A stretch of 64,000 nt of DNA from Eledone cirrhosa (Eukaryota), in NCBI GenBank assembly GCA_964016885.1, contig OZ024743.1:112034001-112098000 (forward strand), in the 5' to 3' direction. Positions 26,890 through 40,939 of this stretch are shown piece by piece. The position numbers and the translations under genes are program-made. The notes beneath the pieces are model-generated. The model made no database searches and had not been told where the DNA came from. It saw only the letters and a list, made by a program, of their open reading frames with translations. The first letter of the stretch is position 1. Every line of letters begins with the position of its first letter.

Positions 26890-27329
26890 TATATATATGG
26901 GCATAATTATGCGAATGAATACAGATATGCAGTACACACACATACACTCACTCACACCTCCCCACACCTATATATATATATGCATGTGTAACATACATGT
27001 GTGTGTGTTATGTCATTTCAAATATGTAGCTATGGAGAAAGAGAGATTTAATGAGAACAAGATCGAGAGCGAGAGATAGACACAAAGGGAAATACTTGTC
27101 TGACAATATATAGTGTGTATGCGCACGAGCTTGTGTGCGCACGTGTGTGTGCACATGTCAATATCACTATATATTTTGTGATATATGTTTGATATTTTTT
27201 GTATCGTGTACTTTCCTTTTCCCTCGGAGCTACGCCATATTTCCATATACGTACATATATACACTTACACACGCACACATACACACATGAGCACGCACAA
27301 AGACACGCACACACACACATATATACATT

Positions 27330-27375
<46 letters not shown>

Positions 27376-27409
27376 TATACATATATATACATATATATAT
27401 ATACATATA

Positions 27410-27501
<92 letters not shown>

Positions 27502-27510
27502 TATACGTAC

Positions 27511-27592
<82 letters not shown>

Positions 27593-27621
27593 TATATATA
27601 TATATATACATATATATATAC

Positions 27622-27656
<35 letters not shown>

Positions 27657-27776
27657 TATACGTACATATATATATATATATTTATATATATAAAATGTAT
27701 ATATATATATATACACATATATATACATATATGTACATATATACATATATGTACATATATATATACATATATATAC

Positions 27777-27838
<62 letters not shown>

Positions 27839-27877
27839 GTACATATATATGTATATATATAAAATGTATATATATAT

Positions 27878-27927
<50 letters not shown>
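27330..27927. repeat. Compound (TA)n tract with higher-order repeat units
   Basis: The unit cgtacatatata...taaaatgtata recurs three times (~27505, ~27660, ~27837). Confidence 0.85.
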
Positions 27928-28420
27928 ACTTCCTCGTTTTTTATTCTCTTCCTCTTTTCATATTTCCTTTTCTTCTTACCTTTTCTTCTTTATTTTCTTT
28001 CTCCCCCTATTCAGGCCCACAACCCCATCCCACTAATCATCTTTCTCCTTTCTTTTCTTCATCTTCAATACAGATTGTTCATACTTGTCCGGTCGATAAT
28101 ACATAGAAGAATATGAAATACAGATGAACATCAATTATATTAGATCTTGCAAACTCCCCCACACAGTCATCTTATTTTTCGTTTCTTAATAATCTCTTCC
28201 AGTGCCGTCCCTTTTTCATTACTATCTATTTATTTATACATGTATCTATCTACTTTTCTATATACATATCTAACACTCTCCCTATTTAACTACCTATATA
28301 ATCAGCATGTCTGTCCGTCTCTTTATTTCTCTTTCTCTCTCGCTCTCTCCAACGCACACTCTCACTTATATATATATATAAATGTATATAAATATACACA
28401 CACACACACACACACACGCG

Positions 28421-28590
<170 letters not shown>

Positions 28591-28591
28591 C

Positions 28592-28873
28592 ATATTTTGT
28601 TATACTTGGGGAGGGTCATATTGTTGCAATAATATTTCCAGAAATAATAATTGTTTCTACTATTGGCACAATGCCAGCAAATAACCAGTACATTACTGGT
28701 ACTTTATTTTATAGACCCTGTAAGGATGAAAGGCAAAGTGAACCTCGGCGGGATTGCCAGCAATAACAATGTGTTCTGTTATTATTTCTGGGAATATTAT
28801 TACAACATTATGAACCTCACTATGTATAACAATACTTGTTTCGATACACGATTTCATATCAAGAACCTTGCAA

Positions 28874-28880
<7 letters not shown>
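28592..28880 (+). mobile_element. Palindromic insertion of the 'atgaccctcccaaagtataac' family, with a truncated SINE (28651-28755, minus) in the left arm
   Basis: Arms ~28597-28650 and 28779-28832. The tail 28810-28880 is homologous to 54745-54815. Confidence 0.7.
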
Positions 28881-28933
<53 letters not shown>

Positions 28934-29004
28934 TATATATATATGTGTGTGTGTACATAAATGTATTCAATAAATCTATATCTATCTATATATCCATCTA
29001 TTTA

Positions 29005-29044
<40 letters not shown>

Positions 29045-29771
29045 GTGAGAGGGGGGGTTAAAAAAAGAAAAGAATGACGTCATTTGAATTCTTTATTAAT
29101 TTAATTTTATAATTATACAATTGTACAATTGTAAAATTAAATTGTTATAGAATGCTAACTTCAAGTGAAGCCATTCTTTTCCCTTTTACAAATATAATTT
29201 ACTGTACCAAAGATATCACGAATTTCTTCAATGTCTCGCCAAATGCTGTATTTTTCATGCCACTCAACCATATACTGTATACGAATTTGGAAATGTAAAC
29301 GCATATAAATGACCTAGAACTTTGTGTGAATCGTTAATAATATTAGAAGAAATTTGAATTTGGAACAGTGAAAAGGACAAATCACAATGGCATTGATCAA
29401 ATGGCTGAAGTGTGAAATAAAAGGCAACAATATAGATAATATAAAATAATGGAGTTGATTTTTCTTATAATATTTAAAAGAATCACTCTAACCTTTGTAA
29501 TTTTTAGCGATATTCATCATAATGGCTGGAATGAAATGTAGTTTAAAGGAGTTGTTAACTCTTCCCTTTTAATTCATTTTACTGCTTAATGAGCATTAGG
29601 TCACAAGAAAACTCCTTTCCGAAGTGTCGCACACTTTGTCACGTGCTAAGTTCTCGTGAGCATCAAAGGCAATTTTGCCTCGGGCGGGTTATGTAGTCAG
29701 AATATAAAGAGCTGAAATAAATATGCTTAAGATTTAATGCACCGCTAATGTACTGCCCTTGATAAATAACA

Positions 29772-29930
29772 TATTTGTTTCTACTTTTGGCACAAGGCCA
29801 AATAATTTGGGGAGAGGGGCACGTCAATTTAATCGACTCCAATGCATTACTGGTGCTTTATTTTATCGACCCCGTAAGGATGAAAGGTAAAGCTAACCTC
29901 GGTGGGATTTGAACTCAGAACGTAAAGGGT
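29772..29930 (-). mobile_element. SINE copy
   Basis: Reverse complement of the family consensus. Confidence 0.85.
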
Positions 29931-31026
29931 CATTATTCAATGTCATAAATGATATGATAATAACGCTTAATTGCGTAATACTAAATCAAATTTTAACTAA
30001 TTTTAATCTCAAGTTTCCAATATTCGCATTTTGAAGAGGCTGCTTCCATTTAGAATAATACTACGACTTAATTGGGAGTAGGTGTTTTATTGATGATAAA
30101 TTTCAATGTAATTTTGTAAATTAAGTAAAACGAATATAGATAACATTAATTGTATATAAATTGTGTATGCTTTTACTTGAAAAAACTCAGCTATGTTCAA
30201 GCTTGAAAAGGGGATGGGCTCCGTCGGTTTTAAAATGATCATTGTGCGCTATATTTTGCGACAAATCCTCAGTAGCTCCATCAAATGTTACGTGCCCATT
30301 CGTACATAAATACAAACTGTGGAGGTCAGGAAATGACAATAAAACAATACCTAAGTTAAGACAAGAAAGTAACGTAAAATAGTTAAAAATCATACAATTT
30401 ATTAAAGTTAGATGGGAAGTTTAGAAAATTCGTTTTATAAAATCCCGAAGAAGAAATATCTGGATGTCAGAAAAATCGTGTAATATTGTTTGGATAAAAT
30501 AAAAGATTAATATAAACATGTCGTCCAGAAGATTACATCATCGTTCGGGAAAGTTATATATTGGTATGTTCAGGGGAAAACTCTGGAAAAAGGAAAGAAA
30601 AGAAGAAATAAATGAGATAGGATTAAAATAGATGAATGGAAAATTCTATGGAGGAAAAGACTATGGAATGATATACAATCTATTTATATTCTACATTGCA
30701 TATAAGTAGAAACGTAGCATGACATAATGCAATGTTGAGAAAACAAAATACTGGAGTCATATTGAAGTATACTACATATTGAAATATACAAATATTTCTT
30801 TCGAAAAGGAATATTAATTCTCTCTTAGAGACAAGTTACGAGTCGATGCTGAGCGAGGAATTCTCACAAAAAGAACCTAGTCCAATATGAGGTGCGATAC
30901 ATTACAAGTATATATGTATATAGCGGAAGATACATACATACGTACGGACAAATAAACACACATATATATATGTGTGTGCATATATATATATATATATGTG
31001 TGTGTGTGTATACATATATATATATG

Positions 31027-31082
<56 letters not shown>

Positions 31083-31126
31083 GAAAGAGTGAGGGAGAGG
31101 GTGATATATCAAGAATAAGGTAGATA

Positions 31127-31204
<78 letters not shown>

Positions 31205-31563
31205 GTGTGTGTGTTTGTGTACACATGCGTATACAAATGACCATATAGAATTTATATATACGGATAAATATATGAACTCATATACAGAAAGATTCGTTCA
31301 AGTCATTATGTACATATTAAATGTAATGCGAACAGAAATTGTTTTAGGGATAAAAGATCAGGAAGACATTCATGGTTTCTCTATATAGGTAAAATAACAA
31401 GTAGTGGTTACAAATGCATTGTTATATACGTATATCTATGGATCCGTTACACCTGAAAGGATGAAAGGGACGTCGTGGTGAAAGAGTATTTGAGCCAGAC
31501 ACGCTAAACATGGTAGAATCCATATCCTTCCCAAGTCCGAAAGACGAATTCTTCCCGAGAATA

Positions 31564-31569
31564 AGAGAG

Positions 31570-31664
<95 letters not shown>
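31564..31664. repeat. (AG)n microsatellite
   Basis: Direct reading. Confidence 0.95.
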
Positions 31665-31667
<3 letters not shown>

Positions 31668-32109
31668 TAAGTGAGAAAGAGATATAGAGTAAGAATTTAT
31701 CACGGTAATTGTACTTGTTATATTGATTTTTAAAGGATAAAAATCAAAGTTGACCTCGGCGGAATGTAATCTCAGAGCTCGACTATACGCTTTTTATTGG
31801 ATAATATACCTACTAAAGATAATTGTTTCCGAATTAGGCACAAGGCCAACAATTTGGGGAGAAGGGAGATTTCATTAGATCAACCCCAGTATGATATCGA
31901 TAGCAAAACTAACCACGGCGCAATGTTTGTTCAAAGCTCACCAATTCGCCAGCAGTCGGACTATATATCACCAAACTTATTAAAAAGATTTTATTCATTC
32001 GGTAAAATGACCCGAAAAATATTGTCTATAAAAGAAATATTAACTACAACAATTGTTATTCAAACACTAATAGAAATTTAGAAAGTGTTAATTTATGCAC
32101 AGAATAAGA

Positions 32110-32297
32110 AATAATTGTTTCTACATTTGGCACCAGGCCAGCAATTACCAGTACATTACTGGTACTTTATTTGATCGACCCTGTAAGGATGAAAGACAAA
32201 GTTAACCTCGGCGGTATTTGAACTCAGACCATAAAGGGCCGTAACTCTTTGCTGCAAAGCATGGCGTCCGACCCTCTACCGATACTGCCAATCCACT
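32110..32297 (-). mobile_element. SINE copy
   Basis: Reverse complement of the family consensus. Confidence 0.88.
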
Positions 32298-32632
32298 AAT
32301 GTGATAGTATGTAAATATCAATGAGTAGATTTGATGTTTTAAAAATTGATATAATTAAATGGGTAAAAATTATGAGGTCGGAAATGGAAATTATCAAGAA
32401 ACTATATTTATAGGAGGATAAATGGATGCATTATGTCAAGCGTAACGCCATCTTAGTGCTATTGCCAATTGCTATATAAAAATGGGCATTTACAGCCGTT
32501 GTTTTCTATTTTCTATATTCATATGATCGTCTCCGACAAACGTTCATTACGCAAAATATATAGAGTTTCTGGACTATTTCCACACCAGTGCCGTTTTGTG
32601 GGAATTCAGTTTCAGTAAAGGCGGAGGGATAT

Positions 32633-32680
32633 GTAGTTTTGATAACCACTAAGAAGTGAGAAACGGTGGCCGTCGTTTAC
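32633..32680 (+). ncRNA. Type I hammerhead ribozyme with U3-A8 variant core
   Basis: gtagtt-TTGATAA-c cact aaga agtg a-GAAA-cgg tgg ccg-TC-gtttac. Stem III is a normal 4 bp; stem I has wobbles and one mismatch. Confidence 0.65.
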
Positions 32681-32768
32681 TTCCCCCTGCCTTCCTGAAG
32701 CTAGGTATGTGACGTTCGTCACATAAAGTTCATAGGGAAAAGCCTTCAAAATACAAATATACATGTGA

Positions 32769-32819
<51 letters not shown>

Positions 32820-33125
32820 CCACTGAAGGATTTAATTTATCGGAGAATTCCCAATATTCAATTGAGGAAGCATTTAAAAGTCTCACTGATTTGAAATTTG
32901 CTCTAGATCCATGCCAAATAAAAAATATCTGAGCTCCAGTCTGCAAGACGAATTTACCGAATGGAAAGCTCATCTAACTCTCCCATGGATTACAGTCTCT
33001 TGGTTACTTGTCAACCTACATCAGCGAGTGTTGAGAGTAGTGTTTTCAATGCTAGGTAAAATACTAATTACAGGCAGTTCTCTATTGAGAAAGTGATATT
33101 TTATATTGCAGCAATGTATATGTAA
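32820..33125 (+). pseudogene. DNA transposase C-terminal relic (hAT-like dimerisation motif)
   Basis: CQPTSASVE(S) followed, after a frameshift, by FSMLGKIL, matching the TSAxVERxFS motif. Multiple stops. Confidence 0.5.
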
Positions 33126-33220
33126 ATAATGTTCATTGTGTAATTTAATGTTGATCTTTTTCAATGAGTAATAAAGATCTAGAGCTAAAATTTATGATAT
33201 CTTTAAATCTATATAAGGTA

Positions 33221-33804
33221 CTAGCAGTGGTACCCGGCGTTGCTACGGGATAAGGTATTTTGGAACGCGAGCCGCCAACAGACCTAATCGTGCAAAAACT
33301 GCATGCCTGGACAATGTGTAAAGAAAATAAACAGAATAGTCTGATGGCTGGATAATCTTTAAGATTTTACTCCATGAAGCAGGAAAAATGCAGGTTTTCA
33401 CCTAATGCGGGCCCTAGGGGATCAAGAAAATGATTTTTTTAATGTGCATAATATGCCTTGAAATTTCGGGAAAATCGGCTAGACGTAACGCCTCATAAAA
33501 GCCCCCAAAAGCTGAAACAATGATGTTTTTCACCTAATGCGGGCCCTAAGCCATAAAACAGTTGGATTTTCTTTGCTCACGGTACGAAGAAGAGACTGAA
33601 TAATACATAGTTACAATTTCAAGGACGTAACGCCTCAAAAAAAAACTAAAAAGCTGAAAAAACGCAGTTTTTCACCTAATGCTGGCCCTAGGGGATCAAA
33701 AGGTTGAAGTTTTTATGTCCATAACACTCCCTGAATCATAAGTAATACAGATGTAATTTTTGAAAAAAGTCGGTTGGATATTTCTCAAGTTTTAGGGATT
33801 CAAA

Positions 33805-33840
<36 letters not shown>

Positions 33841-34135
33841 CATCCTCAGGGAAGTGACGTAATGCAGACAACCAGACCTACATTCACATATTATAAGGGC
33901 TCGACTTTATATGTATGTATCTATCTAAAAAGAGAAAGACTAAGAATTATAGAAAGAGATCACTAAATCGCATAATGCGGTCCCTAAGGCATTGAAAATT
34001 TGAAATTATTTTGCTCAGAACACTCCCTGAAACATAAGTATTACATGTGTAAAGTTTGAAAACAGTCACTCGAGTTTTAGGGATTCAAACTCACACACAC
34101 AGAGACAGACTTCCTCAGTTTTATATATATAGAGA
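33221..34135 (-). mobile_element. Non-autonomous Helitron-like element with ~135 bp internal tandem subrepeats
   Basis: Minus strand starts TC and ends cccgtagcaacgccggg (hairpin)-taccactg-CTAG. The subrepeat ttttcacctaatgcgggcccta occurs at ~33395, ~33527 and ~33669. Confidence 0.7.
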
Positions 34136-34670
34136 TAACAAATGTTAAGGTCTATAAATAAGGTCTAAATAAAAATTGCCCTAGTGATTATAATGAAATA
34201 TTCCAATATTACTTGTAAACAACGCGATCGAAACTACTGTATATCGATATAAACCAGTATGATATAATTAACCCCCACTATTTTTTGCTTTAATTATGGT
34301 CTAATGTTCCATAAGCCATGCTGCTATATTAAGCATTTTCGCCAGCCCCAGTCAGAGCGCACTGCTGCTGTCATTTGCTGACTGACTAGCAGTTAATACC
34401 ACACGTGGTTTACCGGCACCGGCATACACATTTGATAGCAAGGTCGATTTTTGGAAACATCTCAATGGACTGATGGCCAATGGCATGATAAAAAAAAAAT
34501 AGATAAACAGACAGATTGATCGTAGATAGAGTCGTGAGACGCGTCCTCTCGCCTGGGCTTGTTGTCCTTCTTAGTGGCGACATGGCGTCGAGTAGATGCA
34601 TCTCAACTTTCTAAATCGGATCTATCTGTCTATCTAATGTGTTCGTTTTATTACGCATACATCACACTAC

Positions 34671-35000
34671 TGCACGAGCCGACAATTTTATGCTGTCCTT
34701 ACTAGTTAAATCATGCGAAACTACAGCTGGTCTGGGAGCTGAAGAGGTGAAATGATATTTGTGTCATCTTGTCTCGTTCATTTTATTTCTTTGCTCCTTT
34801 CTTCCAATCACTTCTCTGGGCCAACACATTTCTAGCTGCTGATTTCTTTCATTTCAGATACATGTTACCCGTCGCTGTCATTGACGGCGTTTTCCTCTTT
34901 TTCAGCTTTTATTGCGTTGAGTATTTCTCACTATTTCATGAGGTTGTGAATCCGTTGGGTGAAACGCACGTCCTCGTGTATAGTTAGCTAATTTGTTGTG
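34671..35000 (+). ncRNA. Double hammerhead-like array in a TA-flanked element
   Basis: GAAA-cta cagc tgg-TC (34717-34732), CTGAAGA (34739) and GAAA-cgcacg-TC (34961-34972). tgcacgag (34671) pairs with ctcgtgta (34973). The 3' end is homologous to 54860-54921. Confidence 0.5.
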
Positions 35001-35008
35001 GCACTAAC

Positions 35009-35095
<87 letters not shown>

Positions 35096-35680
35096 ATACT
35101 TATTCATGCATTTAGATACATGTGTAGACAACTACAAGCTCACAATCGCAGGTGTATATTTATATAAAAACATACATATATACATACGTACGTACATACA
35201 TACATGCATAGATACTTACATACATACATACATATATACATACATACATAGATACATACATACATACATACAAACATACATACATACTTACTTACTTACA
35301 TACATAGGCGCAGGAATTATATTTCCGTGAAAGCAGCAGTTATCTTCCTGAAAAATTTAAATACTTATGCTACATCCCGAAAAAAATATTACTAATCAAT
35401 AAACCAATAAAGATATGGAGATTGGCGAATCGATTTGTCGTTTGATCAATGATGGTTAACTAATGAAATATATTGGTAGTTATAACGTATGTTGCCATAG
35501 ATATTTTATTTGAGACATATATATATATGTATATATATGTGTGTGCGCGTTGTGTGTGTGTGTTGTATATATATATATATATATATACGTGTATGTATGT
35601 ACACATTCACAAAAAAATTATACATATATTTATATCATACATATATATATATATCAAACAAACAAGAGGAAGTATTACCT

Positions 35681-35729
<49 letters not shown>

Positions 35730-37151
35730 ATAAGTATTTATATGTATGTGTGAGTGTATAACTTTGTTTGTTGCAGAATTAAGAATGTGATGTTTGTGTA
35801 CATCACTATTTAGTTTAGATTTAGTAAATCAATATGTTGTATCTGTATTGAAAACACACATGGAGTTTGGTCTATATAACACATAACCCCACAAACCACA
35901 TCGAGTTTTTCTGAATTGATATTATTTCTTCGTGTTGGTTTTGTATTTCTGTTTTCTTTCTGTTTAGTGTTTCTTTGTTTTTTGTTGTTGATTTTTGGTT
36001 ATTGTTGGTATTATTATTATTATTATTTTATTATTATTATTATTATTATTATTAATAACATGTGACTCAGAAATTCATGTACATAATTCTGACACAAAAT
36101 AAAAATATATTGACAACTGATTTTACAGTATTTTGTTTCGTTTTCCGTATTCAAGCTATATCTCTCCGATGACACCGATAATACCCTTGATGATTACAGT
36201 AAACGTCGAACCCAGTCCTAAATATATGTTTTAAGCAAAACAGTGGCAACGCCAATAGATTTGATGAACCAGCGTTTTGTTTGCACTAGTAATATTAGGT
36301 ACCATAATATTTTCTTTCCTTTCCGTAAGCAGATTGAGTAAGCAACAATGTTTTATTTGTTAGATATTTCTAGGGACGGTTTTCGTCGTATACGAAGACG
36401 TATGCCAAATTTCTGGAACAAACGTTTGCAAAGTATGCATGTTTCTATGGAAAAAATATTTTTTTCAGATGCAGCTATCAACGAGAAACTACTTATATTT
36501 TACGATTTTTTATTTAATGCCATTAGCTCAAATAACATTTGACGTAGCATTTCTTAAAATGTCACATAGGACGTTTTTAAGGACAGATCTGCAAGAGTGA
36601 AAAACAATATTGTAAACAAGCAGTTTACTGTTCACGCTACATTGTTTGGTTCGGTTGATTGAACATGACTTCTGCTCGATGTATTATTAAATCCGCATTA
36701 CATGTCTGATTGAATAGGTATTGATTAGTGTTTTGTTTTCCAAAAGAAGTTCCCACTTGTTGATTTTGTTTCATGCATTATAATATTTTTGTATTGTGAA
36801 TACTGCACTACCCGAATTAACTACATGTCTGAAGTAGTATTTAGGAAATATTTATGTACTAAAATCTAGAAGATTTTGCGATATCTCTCTCTCTCTCTCA
36901 CTCTCTCTCCCTCTCTATCTCTCCCTCTCCCTCTCTCTCTCACACTCTCTCTCTCTCGCCCTCTCTAAGTGCGTTTGTGAATCATTATCTAAATACCGAT
37001 AAAATGTTCTATCACGAACAGATAAGTATTTCCCAAGTAAACACCGCTAAATAAATATTTTCGCTTATTCTTAAGACAAAAGAAAAACTAAGAAAATGTA
37101 TCTCGCTCTGAACTATTGCATGAAACTGGAAATCATATACACAACCTCATA

Positions 37152-38015
37152 TACGGACGATATGTGTTCGCAAGATTACTGTCTAGGAGAAAATAACACA
37201 GTTGTTTTATATTTTAAGATATATTTATCAAACTTGGATCAGTATGTCTTCATGACTTGTTCTTTCAATCTTACTCGATAAACTCGCCATTGGCTTTGAT
37301 GACAGCCTCAAAGCGACCTTATCACTGTCCCCTGACTTAGGCCCCTAAAGGCACTTGTGATCCTAACCTTCAAATCGTCTTTCGTATTGCAACTAGATCT
37401 GTTGGTGTCTCGTTCCACTGCGCCCCACACAAAGAGGTCGAGGGGGTTGCAGTCAGGCGAGCTGGGAGGCCAGATGTCAGGTGAAGTGTGGTCGACGAAG
37501 TTCTCTGACAGCCAGGCTTGGGTCTTTCGGCTGGTATGGCAGGGCGTTGAGTCTTGCTGCCACAAGTACGGGATACCTGCAGCTACCTGGTTGATCCAGG
37601 GCTTTACTACCTCGCTCAGAACGCGGATGTAGCCATCGATGTTCAGCTTGAGGCCCTCAGGGAAGAAGTGAGGTGACATGACGTCACTTTGACTGCAGAC
37701 GACACCTAAGACCAATGTTGTCGCTGGAAATTTTGTCTGCATGACTCTGGGCACGTCTTTGGGTGAGACACCATTCTCCTGCTGACGCTGAGAAAGTATG
37801 AAATTTCCTTATTTGTCCTCCCGGTGCGGATTCCAAGAAGAACTCCGTGTCTCTTCCACAAATTTGGAGGTTCAAAATTATTCATAATCAATTATTCTGA
37901 AAATAAATAATGGAAATATAGTCACTGTTTTTCTGAAGACAAGAGTGACAATGGAAGTAAAAAAAATTTGCATAAAATTAGCAATTAAAAATTGCGAACA
38001 AATATCGTCCTCACC

Positions 38016-38018
<3 letters not shown>
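37152..38018 (-). mobile_element. Internally deleted Tc1/mariner superfamily transposon, DD37D (maT-type) transposase relic
   Basis: ORF 37308-37754 reads WQQDSTPCH...WPPSSPDCNPLD with 37 residues between the last two catalytic Asp. TIR cagggtgaggacgatatttgttcgcaa ends at 38018 next to TA, with a partial mate at 37152-37173. Confidence 0.85.
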
Positions 38019-38099
<81 letters not shown>

Positions 38100-38248
38100 T
38101 GTACCGATTGTGTTGTTATTTCTGTTTACGTTTTATATATATATATATATACTGTGTATATATATATATATATATACTTGTTTATACACACACGCACACA
38201 CACACACACACGCTCCAACACACACACACACACACACACACACGCTCC

Positions 38249-38309
<61 letters not shown>

Positions 38310-38415
38310 TTAAAAGTTAAACAAGGTTCAATGAATAAATCAAAGAATGAGTTTTACAATAGATTAGAAACACTCAACAGTTATGGTTTTCCAGAATTAT
38401 TAATATTAATTCATC

Positions 38416-38484
38416 ATATTTTATCTGATGAGGACGTACTGTTGAACTTAACTCAGTACCTCTGAAATATGTATAATAAAATAT
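38416..38484 (+). ncRNA. Type I minimal hammerhead ribozyme in the 5' pseudo-LTR
   Basis: atattttat-CTGATGA-ggacgtactg...cagtacctct-GAAA-tatgta-TA-ataaaatat. Stem I is a perfect 9 bp. Confidence 0.9.
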
Positions 38485-38687
38485 ACTTGATCACAAGAAT
38501 ATCTATTTTGTTAATATCTTGAATCAATATTAATAACACTGGAAAACCATACTGTTGAGTGCTTCCAATCTATTGTAAAACTCATTCTTTGATTTATTCA
38601 TTGAACCTTGTTTAACTTTTAAATATATATATAACTACCATCAGGTTGAGCGCTTTTCTCTACAATAGATTGCATATTTAATAAATT

Positions 38688-40939
38688 ATGGAATTCTTCA
38701 CCTTCCCGACATCTCTCATGGGTATACCTATACCATCTAATGAAGAATACATGGGGAAACTTATAGAACAAACAAACTCTTTTATAAGAAGAATGAGATG
38801 GCGCGCATTTCATTTCGATAATAAAGAAGCTAAAAGAAAAACCAACAGCAATTATTTTGAAACTATCTTTAAATCCAGAAAGAATCTTCCATACAACAAA
38901 CTCCTGGCGGATTTTGGAACTGAAATGCTCAATATACTTAAGAAAATTCAATTCAGGAAAAACCCATATATAGGTCCCCAATACCTTAGAATTTAAAAGA
39001 AAAAAACTCGGATATAAAAAAAGTTAATAAAATATTGGTAAAATCTGACAAAACAAATAATTTGTATGGGATAAATAAAGAAGAATATAATGATTTGATT
39101 TTAAAAGAACTAAGGAAAAATTATTTTAAAAAGCCCCGGCTGAAGATCTTACAGACATCAATAATGATGCATATAAATTAATTGCAAAATTAGGAATTGA
39201 AGGAAGAACCGAGCCTCTTATACCTAGACAGCGGAGGGTCAATTTTAAAGATCACAACAGAAACGTTGAGGAATACCTGCCAGTTAGTCTGATTGCTCCA
39301 TCCAATCGGATATTGGAGTAATCAGTAAAAATATTATTGATAGAATTCTACTTATTTTGAAATTGAGGTCTAAATTGAGCTTGTGGAAGGATACAAATGA
39401 AGTGATTGATTGGTATACAAATATGGATGATAAGAAAAACCATAAATTCATCCAGATGGATATAACAAGCTATTACTCTTCCATTACGCCTACCTACTAA
39501 ATAAGGTTTTATCCTACGCTTACAAACATACAGATCTAACTATGGATGAAATCGATATCATATTAACTGCTAGAAAAACTCTAATTAATTTCAACGATGA
39601 GTATTGGACCCGCTCAGATAGAAATAGAAACTTCGACATTACCATGGGATCATCGGACTCAGCGTAAGTCACGGATCTTCTGGGATTTTCATCTTAAATA
39701 TGATAAATAGAAAACTGCCGGAGATTACCAGTGGGACGATATTTTATTTTCGGTTGTTAAACACAACAATACAGAACTAAATAGCGTAAAGAAAAATATA
39801 ATTGAATTCTTTGAAAAGTACGACCTTAAATTAGAGGTAGAAAGTGGTACAAAAATAGTTAATTTCCTTGATGTTACCCTTAACTTAAACTCTGGTTTTT
39901 ATTACCCTTTCCATAAGCCCAATGAAAACATAGATTACTTTAGTTATTACTCTAATCACCCTAAGTCTGTGAAAAATACAATTGTAAATAGTGTACAGAA
40001 ACGCATAACTAGAATATCTGCCAACAAATCAATATTTGATGACAAATGATACCCTAAGAAAGGCAGGTTATAAATATAATATGGAATATATAGACAATAA
40101 TAATCCGAATCTTAATCCTAATAAACATAATACTAATATAACTGGCATATATAAACGAAATTCTAAAAATTCTAAAAATAATAATTCAAACACCTGTACT
40201 GTGAATAAATCGTGGAAAAAAAAACAGAACTAAATCAGTTATATGCCCCCCCCCCCCCCCCGCTTCTGTAGCAGTAAGAACACCACTAGCTAATCTATTC
40301 TTTACGGCTTTAGATAATTTCTTCCCTAGTCAACATAAATACCGTTCCATATTTAATAGACACACAATTAAGCTTTCTTAATCTACAACTATGAATATGG
40401 CCCAAAACATCGCTAAACTAAATAGTAGAATTCTAAACCAAAATCAGCATAATGCTGTTAATAATAGTGTTAATATAAATAATAATAAATCGAAATGTAA
40501 TTGTAGAAATAAACCAGATTGCCCTCTGCAAAATAATTGTCTGGATAGAAATTTGGTGTATAAATGCACCGTAAAAACAAATAACAACACATACAACTAC
40601 ATAGGGGCAACTTCTTCGACATTTAAATCGAGATTTGCGAATCACAAATGCTCATTTTCGAATTTTAATAGGAAGTCTTCGACTTCTTTATCACGATTTA
40701 TATGGTCATTAAAAGACGAAAATTTAAAATACTCGATTTTTTGGACGAGGCTTTGTAATAGTAAAATATACTCGACCTTGTCTATATCAACTAACTGCAA
40801 CCTCTGCACAAAGGAGACCCTATTAATAATTAATAATTATGAAAACTTAATTAACGAAAAAAGTGAATTATTCTCAAACTGACTTCATAAAGCTTTGTCT
40901 ACATATCAAGCCTCACAAAAAGTCAAGAAAAAACACTAA
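38688..40939 (+). pseudogene. PLE RT + GIY-YIG endonuclease ORF, disrupted (Hydra-clade-like)
   Basis: IPIPS..Y...FIRRMRWRAF, SDKTNNLY, KDH, MDITSYY, FDITMGSSDSA, VNFLDVTL, linker CNCRNKPDC (CxCx5C), LVYKC...YIG...FKSRFANH, CNLC. Has frameshifts, stops and a deletion at YxDD. Confidence 0.92.

Noticed and set aside
33390-33700. Regularly spaced ~22 bp repeats resembling a CRISPR array
   Set aside because: The intervening sequences are themselves homologous (tandem subrepeats in a Helitron-like element), the context is eukaryotic, and there are no cas genes.
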